Positions 11,122 to 20,699 are shown, counted from the first letter of the stretch. The stretch is 64,000 bases of DNA from an uncultured delta proteobacterium (GCA_963847445.1 CAWJZV010000015.1:160001-224000); one strand, 5' to 3'. Notes: generated by a model not told the origin, from the letters alone. Program-made: numbers and translations.

Positions 11122-11967
11122 CTAGTTGTGCGGCACGATGTCGGGACAGCCTTCGATGGAGCTCATTAATGTTTCCAGCAGGCTGCCCGATTCCGAGGCG
11201 ATCGTATCCAGGGCATCGGCTTGTTTTGAGTTGATGCGGCCAAGGAATTGCTCCTGGAGCAACTGAACGTAGCCCAGAATTGACGTTAGCCGTGATCGGA
11301 CTTCACAAGAAACGAACTCGGCGATTTGCGCGTGAGTTGGGTTTTCCCGGTTAGGCTCGCTGCTTCTGCCAGGAAGCTCACGCTCGGCGCTTCCCAAGCT
11401 TTCGCTCAGCCTGAAGTAATCGAGCGCCATAGTTAACTGGCCGACGACAGCCCCAAGGAAATTGCTCTCGATTGCGCTGAGCTCGCGAGGTCGGCGATTG
11501 ATGCAGACTAATGCTCCTGAATGGTTCAAGTTGCCGCGCATGGGAAACGCAGCAAAAAAGCCACAAGGATATTGGCCGGTAGTTCGGCTCTGATGGAATC
11601 CGGCGAAGAATGACTCCTCTCCGGTGTTTTCGAAAATCGCAGATTCCCCCGATGCGGCGACCATTTGCACTATAGCTTCGCCGAGTCGTATTGGGTACGC
11701 TACCGGGCAACCGGCGGTAATTCGGGCAAATTGTGCTTTAGGATTCAGTGTCGACGTCTCCCTGTCGAATAGAAAAATTCGCACCATGTCGACGTTCAAA
11801 ACCGCACCAACGTCGGCCACCGCCTTGTCGAAAACCTTGATGACGTCGTTCGAGTGAAGCGCCGCGCTTGCTATCGATTGACACGCAGCCGCCATGCGAG
11901 TTGTCGCGACCGCCGTGGTCGGTATCGGGCTATCTTCGAAGGGTTTTGAATCCAATTGGATCGGCAT
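11122..11967 (-). CDS. GAF domain protein with degenerate HisKA helix pair and no HATPase domain
   Basis: GAF signature (IFLFDRET, LGEAIV..VA.SGE, AAFPM, GALVC, R.LS..E..FL..V..QL..AL), then VSCEVRSRLTSILGYVQLL; start uncertain (ORF open to 12018). Confidence 0.7.
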   Translation of the reverse strand: MPIQLDSKPFEDSPIPTTAVATTRMAAACQSIASAALHSNDVIKVFDKAVADVGAVLNVDMVRIFLFDRETSTLNPKAQFARITAGCPVAYPIRLGEAIVQMVAASGESAIFENTGEESFFAGFHQSRTTGQYPCGFFAAFPMRGNLNHSGALVCINRRPRELSAIESNFLGAVVGQLTMALDYFRLSESLGSAERELPGRSSEPNRENPTHAQIAEFVSCEVRSRLTSILGYVQLLQEQFLGRINSKQADALDTIASESGSLLETLMSSIEGCPDIVPHN

Positions 11968-12312
11968 AGGCGTCCCCCATTTGGCTTTGTCGTTGGCAGC
12001 GTTAGTAAGATATTGCAACGCTATATTAATTTGGCGCCCACGGCCATGGGGTAAATGCTGTATAAGTCGAAGGAAAATCGCCTAGTGGCGATTGTCGTGA
12101 AGTCCGTGGCATGACTCCAAAGTCGGTCGAACGAACTGTCTGCCGCCGGTGAAATTTAACCCCTCGCTGGCCAATTTTTGCGATTGACGGAGGTGGCGAA
12201 AATTGAAGATTCTCCCGCGCGGTTGTGATAGGTGTTGTCTGCGGGCCGAGCTATTCGACAACAACTGCGGCAGTTGTTAGCGTCCAGTATTCAAACTGAT
12301 TCTAGTAACACC

Positions 12313-12996
12313 ATGAAGGGCGTCGATGAACTTAACGCGCGCATCGTTGGATGCCGGAAGTGCCCGCGCCTGGTGCGTTGGCGCGAGGCTTGCGCAAAAA
12401 ATCCGCCGCGCCGCTATGTTGGTGAAGATTACTGGGCCAAACCACTTGCAGGGGTCGGCGATCCCAGAGCGCGGGTGCTGATCGTCGGACTGGCGCCCGC
12501 CGCCCATGGCGGTAATCGCACCGGCAGGATGTTTACCGGCGACCGAAGCGGCGACTGGCTTTATGGCGCACTTTACCAGGCTGGCTTCGCCAACCAGCCC
12601 AATTCCAATCATCGAAACGACGGCTTAAAGCTGACCGATTGCTACGTCACCGCGGCGGTGCATTGCGCGCCGCCCGCGAATAAACCCAATTTAATCGAGT
12701 TCAAACGTTGCCGGCCTTATCTCATCGAGGAGCTGCGGCTGTTTGGCGCCATCCAAGTCGTTATCGTGCTTGGCAAGATCGCCTTCGACTCTGTGCTCGC
12801 GGCCTATCGCGAAACCGGCGGCTCGTTGCCCAAACCGCGACCGAAATTCGGCCATGGCGCCTCGTATGAACTCGCCGACGGACTTCGGCTCATCTGTTCC
12901 TATCATCCGAGCCAACAGAACACGTTTACCGGCAAGCTCACCCGGTCGATGTTTAAAAGTGTCTTCGATCAGGCCAAGGCCGAATTGTCGGCGTAA
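12313..12996 (+). CDS. udgB: Uracil-DNA glycosylase family 5 (UdgB-like, Fe-S)
   Basis: CRKCPRL, GLAPAAHGGNRTGRMFTGDRSG, CAPPANKP, HPSQQNT motifs. Confidence 0.9.
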   Translation: MKGVDELNARIVGCRKCPRLVRWREACAKNPPRRYVGEDYWAKPLAGVGDPRARVLIVGLAPAAHGGNRTGRMFTGDRSGDWLYGALYQAGFANQPNSNHRNDGLKLTDCYVTAAVHCAPPANKPNLIEFKRCRPYLIEELRLFGAIQVVIVLGKIAFDSVLAAYRETGGSLPKPRPKFGHGASYELADGLRLICSYHPSQQNTFTGKLTRSMFKSVFDQAKAELSA

Positions 12997-13005
12997 TTTC
13001 CAAAC

Positions 13006-13884
13006 GTGGAAACCGGAATAACCTACGCCATCATTGCCGGTCTTTTTTGGGGAACCAGTCCGGTGTTGGTCAAGCGCGGCCTAGTGCACGCCGACGTGAG
13101 CGCCGCGACGCTGTACCAGCAAGCTACTATTCTGGTCACGTTGATCGTCGCGGCGCTGGTCGAAGGCGAACTCTTCGCCGGAATCATCTCGCCCCTGGCC
13201 ATTGGGGTGTTTGCCGGTACCGGAGTGATTGGCGCTTATCTCGGCCGCACTCTGTTCGTCAAGACTGTCGATCAGATCGGTGCGTCACGGGCGCAGTCGC
13301 TCAATAACTCCTCGCCATTGATCACCGTGTTGTTGGCAGGGTTGCTGCTGGGTGAACCGCTGACTTGGTCTGTGTTAGCCGGGGTCGGCTTGATCATTTC
13401 CGGAGTATTCTTTATTGCCGAGACCGATACCCAAGACAGCCGGCGTGGCGGGAACAAAGTTCTCACCGTCACATCGATCATGGCGACGATCTGTTACGGC
13501 ATCGTGCCGGTGCTGAAAAAGTTCGGCACTGCGAACGGCGGCCCGCCGGTGATGGGCGCGCTGGTTATGCACGCGACAGGTTTGCTGCTGCTGGTGACTT
13601 TGGGCAGCTTACTCAAGATCGAGTTCAAACCCGAACGAATTGCCACCAGCAGCGTGGTTTGCTTCGTTAGCGCCGGATTTCTCTACGCGATCGGCTCGAT
13701 CATGACGCTCAAAGCTTTGACCTACGCGCCGGCATCGGTGGCGGCGCCGGTGTGGAGCGCGCAGCCGATCGTCAGCTTCTTCTTGGCGAAATCGATGCTA
13801 AAAGGCATTGAGGCTGTTAGTTGGCGCGACGGGGTTGCCGCGCTGTTGGTGGTTTGCGGCGTGTTGGTGTTGCGGTTGGCATGA
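13006..13884 (+). CDS. EamA/DMT family transporter
   Basis: 292 aa, ten hydrophobic helices in two repeats, LLLGEPL motif. Confidence 0.85.
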   Translation: METGITYAIIAGLFWGTSPVLVKRGLVHADVSAATLYQQATILVTLIVAALVEGELFAGIISPLAIGVFAGTGVIGAYLGRTLFVKTVDQIGASRAQSLNNSSPLITVLLAGLLLGEPLTWSVLAGVGLIISGVFFIAETDTQDSRRGGNKVLTVTSIMATICYGIVPVLKKFGTANGGPPVMGALVMHATGLLLLVTLGSLLKIEFKPERIATSSVVCFVSAGFLYAIGSIMTLKALTYAPASVAAPVWSAQPIVSFFLAKSMLKGIEAVSWRDGVAALLVVCGVLVLRLA

Positions 13885-13888
13885 ATCC

Positions 13889-13918
13889 GTTCAAAGGTTC
13901 AAGGTTCAAAAGTTCAAG
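13889..13918 (+). repeat. GTTCAA short tandem array (4 units, 7-8 bp period)
   Basis: gttcaaag gttcaag gttcaaaa gttcaag, 5 bp after the EamA stop. Confidence 0.8.
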
Positions 13919-13948
13919 GCCGGATGGTTGGACAGCATGGGGGCGATA

Positions 13949-16831
13949 ATGAATGCTGGCAGGGATTATTTTGAGATCGCAGCGGAACTAAAGAAACGGG
14001 TCGAAGGCGATCTTCATTTCGACAAATATTCGCGGCTGCTCTATTCCACCGACGCGTCGATTTATCAGATCGAACCCATCGGTATCGTCGTGCCGCGCCA
14101 TAAAGGTGATGTCCAGGCGGCCATCGAAGTCGCCAAGCGCTTGGGCGTTTCGATCCTGTCGCGCGGCGGCGGCACGTCACTGGCAGGACAAGCCGTCGGT
14201 CACTCGATCGTCTTGGATTTTTCCAAGTACATGCAGAACGTGTTGGAAGTGAATCAAGAAGAGCTGTGGTGCCGCGTCCAACCGGGGCTGGTGCAGGACG
14301 AACTCAATGCCTACGTGCGCGGGCAGGGGTTGCAGTTCGGTCCGGACACCTCGACGTCCAATCGCGCCACCATCGGCGGCATGGTCGGCAACAATTCTTC
14401 CGGCGCTCATTCGCTCACCTATGGCAAGACGCTCGACCATGTCATCGAGCTGACCGTGCTATTAGCCGACGGTTCGGAAGTGATCTTGAAGGATCTGGCG
14501 CCGGCAGAGATGGAGCGTAAGAGCAAAGTCAACAGTGTCGAGGGGCGCGCCTATCGCGAAGTGTTTCGTCTGGCGCAGCAGCACAAGAGCGAAATCGTCG
14601 CGCGCTACCCGAAAATCATGCGGCGGGTGTCCGGTTATAATCTCGATGAGTTCGTCAAGCCGCAGCCGTTCAACCTGGCGCGCATGATCGTCGGCTCGGA
14701 GGGAACCTTGGCGACCATCGTCGAGGCCAAGATGCGCCTCGTGCCCAAACCCAAGTGGACCGCCATGGACGTGATCCACTTCAACGACGACATCGAAGCG
14801 CTGGAGTGCGCCCAGATCGTTTTGACCACCAAGCCCTATGCCATGGAGTCGACCGACAAGATGATCTTGAATCTCGCCCGCGGCAACATCGAGCAGTCGC
14901 GCAAGCTGGGCTTCGTCCAAGGCACGCCGGATTCGCTCTTGATGGTCGAGTATGCCGGCGAAACCGAGGCCGAGGTGCGGGCTCAAGTCGAGAAGCTTGA
15001 AGAGCTGCGCAAGCGCGAAAAGATCGGTTACGCGGCGACCCTGGCGTTCAAGCCTGAAGAAGTGAAGTCGATTTGGGGTGTGCGCAAAGCCGGATTGGGC
15101 TTGCTGCTTGGCATGAAGGGCGACAAGAAGCCCATCGCCTTCGTCGAGGATACCGCGGTGTCGCCGGAGAAGCTGCCGGAGTTCATCAAGCGTTTTCGCG
15201 AGATCGTCACGCGCCACGATACCGTGGCGGGTTACTACGGCCATTGTTCCGTCGGCTGCATGCATATTCGCCCGTTAATCAATCTAAAAGAAAACGGCGA
15301 AAAGCAAAAGATGGTGTCCATCGCCAACGCGATCTCCGACTTGGTGCTTGAATTCAACGGCGCCATGTCCGGCGAGCATGGCGACGGCTTGGCGCGCAGC
15401 CACTTCAACGCCAAGCTATTTGGCCCGGCGCTTTACGACGGTTTTCGCCAGATCAAGCGCGCTTTCGATCCAAATAATTTGTTCAACCCCGGCAAAATCG
15501 TCGACGCTCCGGCGATGACGGAGTCGCTGAAGATCAGCCCGCAGTACAAAACCTGGGAGCCGCAGACGACGCTGGATTTCACCGAACAGGGTGGCTTTGC
15601 GCGCGCCGTCGAGATGTGCAGCGGCATGGGTGAGTGCCGCAAAAAGCTCGACGGCACTATGTGTCCGTCGTACATGGGAACACTGGACGAAGAACACTCG
15701 ACCCGCGGCCGGGCCAATGCGCTGCGAAACGTAATTGCAGGCTTAGTGCCGAAAACCGAATTCACCGGCAAGCGTTTGTATGACGTGATGGATCTCTGCC
15801 TGGAGTGCAAAGCGTGCAAGGCCGAATGTCCGTCCAACGTCGACATGGCGAAATTGAAATACGAGTTCCTCGACCACTATCACCGCGCCAACGGTTTGCC
15901 GCTGCGCAATCGGATCTTCGGCGCCATCGCCAGTCTCAATCGCATCGGCTCGGCACTGGCTCCGGTCTCCAATTGGCTTGCGAACTCGACGCCGAACCGC
16001 TGGTTGATGGATATCTTCGGCGGTATCGACCGGCGCCGCCCGTTGCCGCAGTTCGCCAGCGAGAGCTTCGAAGATTGGTTTCGAGTTCACAAGCCGGAAG
16101 GCGACGGCTCGCAGGGCGAAGTGGTTTTGTTCCACGACACCTTCAACAATTACAACACGCCTAACGTCGCCATCGCCGCAACGCGCTTTTTGGAAAAATC
16201 CAGTTATCGAGTTCTTCTCGTCGACAAGAAGTGTTGCGGCCGGCCGATGATCTCCAAAGGCATGCTCGGCCAAGCCAAGGAAAACGCCGCTTGGAACGTC
16301 GCCAAGCTCGCGCCCTACGCGGAGAAGGGCACGCCGATCGTCGGCCTGGAGCCGTCCTGTCTATTGACATTGCGCGATGAATATCCCGAGTTCGTCCGCA
16401 CCGAAGCGGCGAAGCAAGTCGCGCAGCATAGTTTCTTGCTCGAAGAGTTCGTCATGCGCGAAGTCAATGCCGGCAGACTCTCACTGGGCGCCTATGGCAA
16501 AGGAAAAAAAGTTCTGCTGCACGGCCACTGCCATCAAAAAGCCTTAGTTGGCACGGCGCCGACCGTCGCCATGCTCAAGGCCGCCGGCTACGAAGTCAGC
16601 GAAGTCGACTCCGGCTGCTGCGGCATGGCTGGCTCCTTTGGTTTCGAAAAAGAGCACTACGATCTGTCGATCAAGATCGGCAACCGGCGCTTGGCACCGG
16701 CGGTCAAGGCTGCATCAGCAGAAGTCGAAGTCGCCGCACCGGGAATTTCCTGCCGGCAGCAGATCGATCACTTGGCGCAACGGCAGGCGAAGCATCCGGC
16801 CGAACTGCTTTGGGACAGTATCAAGAATTAG
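13949..16831 (+). CDS. FAD-binding/Fe-S oxidoreductase (YdiJ-like GlcD-GlpC fusion)
   Basis: YSTDAS, RGGGTSLAGQ, GSEGTL, SGEHGDG, CSGMGEC, CLECKACKAECP, CCG domains, HGHCHQ; start 13937 or 13949. Confidence 0.9.
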   Translation: MNAGRDYFEIAAELKKRVEGDLHFDKYSRLLYSTDASIYQIEPIGIVVPRHKGDVQAAIEVAKRLGVSILSRGGGTSLAGQAVGHSIVLDFSKYMQNVLEVNQEELWCRVQPGLVQDELNAYVRGQGLQFGPDTSTSNRATIGGMVGNNSSGAHSLTYGKTLDHVIELTVLLADGSEVILKDLAPAEMERKSKVNSVEGRAYREVFRLAQQHKSEIVARYPKIMRRVSGYNLDEFVKPQPFNLARMIVGSEGTLATIVEAKMRLVPKPKWTAMDVIHFNDDIEALECAQIVLTTKPYAMESTDKMILNLARGNIEQSRKLGFVQGTPDSLLMVEYAGETEAEVRAQVEKLEELRKREKIGYAATLAFKPEEVKSIWGVRKAGLGLLLGMKGDKKPIAFVEDTAVSPEKLPEFIKRFREIVTRHDTVAGYYGHCSVGCMHIRPLINLKENGEKQKMVSIANAISDLVLEFNGAMSGEHGDGLARSHFNAKLFGPALYDGFRQIKRAFDPNNLFNPGKIVDAPAMTESLKISPQYKTWEPQTTLDFTEQGGFARAVEMCSGMGECRKKLDGTMCPSYMGTLDEEHSTRGRANALRNVIAGLVPKTEFTGKRLYDVMDLCLECKACKAECPSNVDMAKLKYEFLDHYHRANGLPLRNRIFGAIASLNRIGSALAPVSNWLANSTPNRWLMDIFGGIDRRRPLPQFASESFEDWFRVHKPEGDGSQGEVVLFHDTFNNYNTPNVAIAATRFLEKSSYRVLLVDKKCCGRPMISKGMLGQAKENAAWNVAKLAPYAEKGTPIVGLEPSCLLTLRDEYPEFVRTEAAKQVAQHSFLLEEFVMREVNAGRLSLGAYGKGKKVLLHGHCHQKALVGTAPTVAMLKAAGYEVSEVDSGCCGMAGSFGFEKEHYDLSIKIGNRRLAPAVKAASAEVEVAAPGISCRQQIDHLAQRQAKHPAELLWDSIKN

Positions 16832-16847
16832 CATCGAGGCTGTCTTT

Positions 16848-17760
16848 ATGGACACACTTCGAGTCATCGGTTACTACCCGCTGCCGCCATTTGTTGTCGC
16901 GCAAGAAAAGGGCTTCTTCGCGCAGGAGGGGCTTAAGATCGATTTCACGATCGCGACCTTGGCGCCGGAGCACAACAAGGGCATGCGTCGAGGGACGATG
17001 GGACATCAGTTTGACTAGCCCCGACACCATGGTTGCCCGGGTGACCCGGGATGGTCATGACTTTCTTTTGTATCTGATGGCTGAGCGCGGGCTTGAAGTG
17101 AAACTGATCGGTGCCAAGGGGATCACGGCGCCGGCGCAACTGCGCGGCGAAACCTTGGCCGGCGACCCTGGCGATTCCAACTACGATTTGCATCGGCGCA
17201 AGATCTTGCGCGCCCATGGCGTGGGTGAGTCTGATTACGCAGTGAAGATCATCGGTACTTCGCCGTTTCGTTTCGAAGCGCTACGTAGAGGCGAAGTCGC
17301 GGCCTGCATGTTGGCGCCGCCGTACGATGGCCAAGCTTTGAGCGAGGGATTCAATCTGTTGGCGAGCGGCGCCGAGTACATTCCCAACTACGCGACGACC
17401 GCTTGTTGGGCTAGGTCCGCGTGGGTAGATGCTCATCGTGACAAGATGTTGCGCTTTGTCCGCGCTTTCGTCGCCGGGGCGGATTGGGTGCTCGATCCGG
17501 CAAACCGCGAAGAAGCGCTGCGCTTGTTGGCGGCCTATTCAAAGATTACGCGCGCACAGGCGGTAACCAAGCTCACCCAAGTAACGGCGAAAGCGGCGAT
17601 TGTGCCGCAGGACTTGAACCGGGTGATTCAGTTGCGCATAGAAATGGGTTATTACGATCCACCACATGAACCCGTGGAACGTTTTTACGACGCCAGCGTT
17701 TGGTGCGACGCGACTGGACTGCCGCCACCTAAACCGTTTGGTTTGCCACGGCTTATCTAG
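16848..17760 (+). CDS. NMT1/SsuA-like ABC substrate-binding-fold protein, no signal peptide (frameshift near 16985)
   Basis: PFVVAQEKGFFAQEGL, RFEALRRGEVAACMLAPP, FVRAF pattern. Confidence 0.75.
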
Positions 17761-17844
17761 CGCCGAGTTACTTTCGCACCTCACGAGGAGCGGCAACTCG
17801 CGGGGCCATTGATCAGACCCCACAATCGAAATGTAGGCACTTGC

Positions 17845-18699
17845 CTACAGCACCCCCCGTCCGGCAAACGTATCGCACTGCTTCAAGTCGCCGGTTTCAA
17901 TTCCTTTGCGGAACCAGCGGACGCGTTGTTCGGCACTGCCATGGGTGAAGCCCTCGGGAACGATGTGGCCTTGGGAGCGTTTCTGCATGTTGTCGTCGCC
18001 AATTTGCGCCGCGGCATTGAGGCCTTCTTCGATATCGCCTGGTTCGAGGATTTTGCGCTCGCGGTTGGCAAAATTGGCCCAGATGCCGGCTAGACAATCG
18101 GCTTGCAGTTCGAGACCGACCGACAGCGCGTTGGCTTCGCGTTCGCCTGCACGCTGCTGGCGCGCTTGCACTTTGCCCATGATGCCAAGCAAATTCTGCA
18201 CATGGTGGCCGACTTCATGAGCGACGACATAGGCCTGGGCAAAGTCGCCGGGCGCTTTGAAGCGGTCGCGCAGTTCGCGATAGAACGATAAATCGATGTA
18301 GACCTTGTGGTCGTTGGGACAATAAAACGGCCCCACAGCGGCTTGCGCAAAACCGCAGGCGGACTGAATCTGGCCGGAGAACAGGACCAATTTGGGTTGC
18401 GCGTATTCACGTCCCGCTTTCTGGAATATCTCGCTCCACACGCGTTCGTTACTGCCGAGCACGCGGGAGACAAACTCACGCCCCTCGTCACGGCCGGTTT
18501 GCTGTGCTTGCGGAATCGGCTCGTTGGAAATGCTCGATTGCGGATCGCCCTGAAGAATCGCGCTGGGATCGATGCCGAAAAACATCGCAATCAGCACGAG
18601 CACAATGGTGCCCAGGCCACCGCCCACCGCGCCGCGTGTGACACGCGAACCGCGCCGATCTTCAACGTTCTGACTTTCAGGTTCGTTGTCGAGCCGCAT
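17845..18699 (-). CDS. ypfJ: Neutral zinc metallopeptidase, YpfJ family
   Basis: SQNVEDRRG, GPFYCP, GDFAQAYVVAHEVGHHVQ, ELQADCLAG, FTHGSAEQR. Confidence 0.88.
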   Translation of the reverse strand: MRLDNEPESQNVEDRRGSRVTRGAVGGGLGTIVLVLIAMFFGIDPSAILQGDPQSSISNEPIPQAQQTGRDEGREFVSRVLGSNERVWSEIFQKAGREYAQPKLVLFSGQIQSACGFAQAAVGPFYCPNDHKVYIDLSFYRELRDRFKAPGDFAQAYVVAHEVGHHVQNLLGIMGKVQARQQRAGEREANALSVGLELQADCLAGIWANFANRERKILEPGDIEEGLNAAAQIGDDNMQKRSQGHIVPEGFTHGSAEQRVRWFRKGIETGDLKQCDTFAGRGVL

Positions 18700-18720
18700 A
18701 GAGCCTCCTTGCCTGATGCC

Positions 18721-18747
18721 GTAACGAATCGCTGGGTCGATTGGTTC
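18721..18747 (-). promoter_or_regulatory. Candidate ECF-sigma promoter of ypfJ
   Basis: Minus strand GAACCA-N15-CGTTAC, 22 bp upstream of the start. Confidence 0.35.
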
Positions 18748-18768
18748 TTGAATATGACTTCGCCCCAT

Positions 18769-18808
18769 AAAAAACAACCCCGCCGCGTTGCCGCGAGCGG
18801 GGTCGTTG
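18769..18808 (-). terminator. Intrinsic terminator downstream of comEA
   Basis: GC-rich stem (CCCCGC.CGCG / CGCG.GCGGGG) followed by T6 on the minus strand. Confidence 0.7.
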
Positions 18809-18831
18809 ACATTCAGAGTTAACGCTAACGG

Positions 18832-19335
18832 TTACTTTTTGGTTTTGCTATCTTCCACGGGCTTAGCAGGGGTCGTGGTCGTGGACTTGTCGTCCTTCAT
18901 GGCTCCGGCCTTGGTATCCTTGGCGGCCGGCTCGGCTTTTTTGGGAACGACGGTATTCCCTGATACCGCAATATTTGCGCGGATCTGCTTCATCGCGCCG
19001 GGACCTATGCCCTTGACTTTTTCCAGGTCGTCGACGCTTTTGAAGTCGCCGTTCTTCTTGCGGTAGTCGATGATATCCTGGGCCCTGGTGTCGCCGATCC
19101 CCTTCAGAGCTTTCAGTTCTTCTTTAGACGCGGTGTTGATATTGACCATCAGGCCACCGGCTTTGGGTGCCGCCGCACTTTTGGTTTCGGCGGTAGTGGC
19201 CGCTTTCGTATCGCCCGCTGGCTTGGTCGCCGCCGGTGCTTTCTTGTCCTCCATCGCCTTGTCTGCCGCGCTCGCGATGGCAGAGACACCCGCCGCCGCA
19301 AACCACAATGCCCCCAGTAATGCTAGTCTTTTCAT
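18832..19335 (-). CDS. comEA: ComEA family helix-hairpin-helix DNA-binding protein, exported
   Basis: Signal peptide; VNINTASKEELKALKGIG..RAQDIIDYRKKNGDFKSVDDLEKVKGIG; low-complexity A/K/T flanks. Confidence 0.88.
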   Translation of the reverse strand: MKRLALLGALWFAAAGVSAIASAADKAMEDKKAPAATKPAGDTKAATTAETKSAAAPKAGGLMVNINTASKEELKALKGIGDTRAQDIIDYRKKNGDFKSVDDLEKVKGIGPGAMKQIRANIAVSGNTVVPKKAEPAAKDTKAGAMKDDKSTTTTPAKPVEDSKTKK

Positions 19336-19380
19336 CGGTTCCTCCTAGATTTTTTTACAGCCAATTCGTTGACTACCCAT

Positions 19381-19407
19381 TTAGACGCCGCTTGGACAAT
19401 TTAATTC
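19381..19407 (-). promoter_or_regulatory. Candidate sigmaE/ECF-type promoter of comEA
   Basis: Minus strand GAATTA-N16-TCTAA with CGTCTAA -10. Confidence 0.45.
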
Positions 19408-19513
19408 ATCGAGCGGTCCTGCTGCCGGGCAGCTGGCCTTGCTTGGACCGGGTATTAGCCGAGAGCGCTGGCTCAAGTCAAGGAAATTCATCCGGCGCGC
19501 GGCCATCGCCGAA

Positions 19514-19963
19514 TTAGCCGAGCGAGATCTCCGGCAGGTCTGCGCGCCACCCCGGTTGATCTTGAGTCAACAACCAGAACGGTTTGCCGTCCTCCTGCCA
19601 GCTGGCCGCCACGCCTTCCAACAGTTCGAGCGCCAAATCAAAATCGGCTTGGTATTTCGCCACGAAGGGTTTGCAATTGGTTAAGATTAACACCCAGCCG
19701 GTGCCGTCGAGCCAAGCGAGATCGGTCAAGCAATCGTTGAGCGCGTCCCAGTTCTTGCCGAAGTGCTGAGGGAATTTGAGAGGTTTCGAAAACGCGTCGA
19801 ATAGACCGCTTTTGCCGCGCGCCTTGGCAAGGTCGATCTTAAACACTTGCAATCCGGCGGTCCTGGCGGCGGCGACGAACTCGTCCGAGTCGATGGCTGT
19901 CCGAAAGACGCCGGCGCGTTTACTGTCTGGCAGTAGATTGAGCAGGGAGTCCATGGGGTTCAT
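19514..19963 (-). CDS. Barstar family ribonuclease inhibitor
   Basis: LKFPQHFGKNWDALNDCLTDLAWL; ATG overlaps the RNase stop (ATGA). Confidence 0.88.
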   Translation of the reverse strand: MNPMDSLLNLLPDSKRAGVFRTAIDSDEFVAAARTAGLQVFKIDLAKARGKSGLFDAFSKPLKFPQHFGKNWDALNDCLTDLAWLDGTGWVLILTNCKPFVAKYQADFDLALELLEGVAASWQEDGKPFWLLTQDQPGWRADLPEISLG

Positions 19964-20355
19964 TCCAAAATGCGTCGAAAGGTTTGGTAGTGATCGTCGG
20001 TGAAATAAAACTCCCCCTTGCGTCCGGCGACGATCCGGCGCGCGCCCCGGTCGCGCGCGCCGGGTGTCGGTACGGTGTATTCTTTGTAGTAGCCGCGCTC
20101 CTTTTGCGGCAGCCGGCGCTCGAAATTGCCGAACGTCGCGCCGTCCCGTTGGTATGGGAATGGCCCGTCTTTCTTTATCAGGCTCAGAGTCTTGTGCGCT
20201 TCTCTGGGTAGCTCGTCGAGGCCGACTTGGTCGGCTTGGCGAGCGCTCGGTTCGCGCGCACAACTTGCCCCGCCGCCAACAAGTAGAGCCAAAGCGAGCG
20301 CGAGGACATAAAGAGTCAGTGCCGGTCGGTAGCGCCGGCAAATTGGTAAGCGCAT
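19960..20355 (-). CDS. Secreted guanyl-specific ribonuclease (RNase Sa/N1/barnase family)
   Basis: Signal peptide; GPFPYQRDGATFGNFERRLP, YYKEYTV (catalytic Glu), RGARRIV, YFTDDHYQTF (catalytic His). Confidence 0.9.
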   Translation of the reverse strand: MRLPICRRYRPALTLYVLALALALLVGGGASCAREPSARQADQVGLDELPREAHKTLSLIKKDGPFPYQRDGATFGNFERRLPQKERGYYKEYTVPTPGARDRGARRIVAGRKGEFYFTDDHYQTFRRILE

Positions 20356-20471
20356 CACGGGTGTAGGCAAGGTTTCGCTTTGAATCCCAGTTTTTCTTTT
20401 CCCGGCATGATCGATTTGGCGATCACGCCGACGATAAATCCGGCGATAACGGCGCCGATGAGTCCGAACAT
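20355..20471 (-). pseudogene. Truncated GlsB/YeaQ/YmgE (transglycosylase-associated) membrane protein, 38 aa
   Basis: GGAGG RBS, then MFGLIGAVIAGFIVGVIAKSIMPGKEKLGF matches only the first helix of the family; stop overlaps the RNase ATG. Confidence 0.6.
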
Positions 20472-20619
20472 CGATTGCCTCCGTGAAGCCCTATGTCTAT
20501 GGGCTATTAGCTGCCAGTGGCGTTCGCTGTCAACGTTTGCTGATTTGGACTGAATCGCCAGCCGCTTCATTCAATCGCTGCGGATTAATTCCCCGTAGCT
20601 TGCCGCGCTGTGATTCCGA

Positions 20620-20699
20620 CGTAGGATGGGTGGAGCGTGAGCGATACCCATCATTCCGAACGGTGGGTATCGGCGCGTCGCGCCTCCACCCACCCTACA
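20620..20699. repeat. GTAG-type REP inverted doublet
   Basis: GTAGGATGGGTGGAGCG..GATACCCATC ... GGTGGGTATCG..CTCCACCCACCCTAC. Confidence 0.8.

Noticed and set aside
13808-13948. N-terminal extension of the FAD oxidoreductase (VQRFKVQKFK)
   Set aside because: Read-through of the EamA 3' end and the GTTCAA array; the real start is 13937 or 13949
19964-20341. Long N-terminal extension of barstar (275-aa ORF)
   Set aside because: Off-frame overlap with the RNase gene; barstar starts at the ATGA overlap
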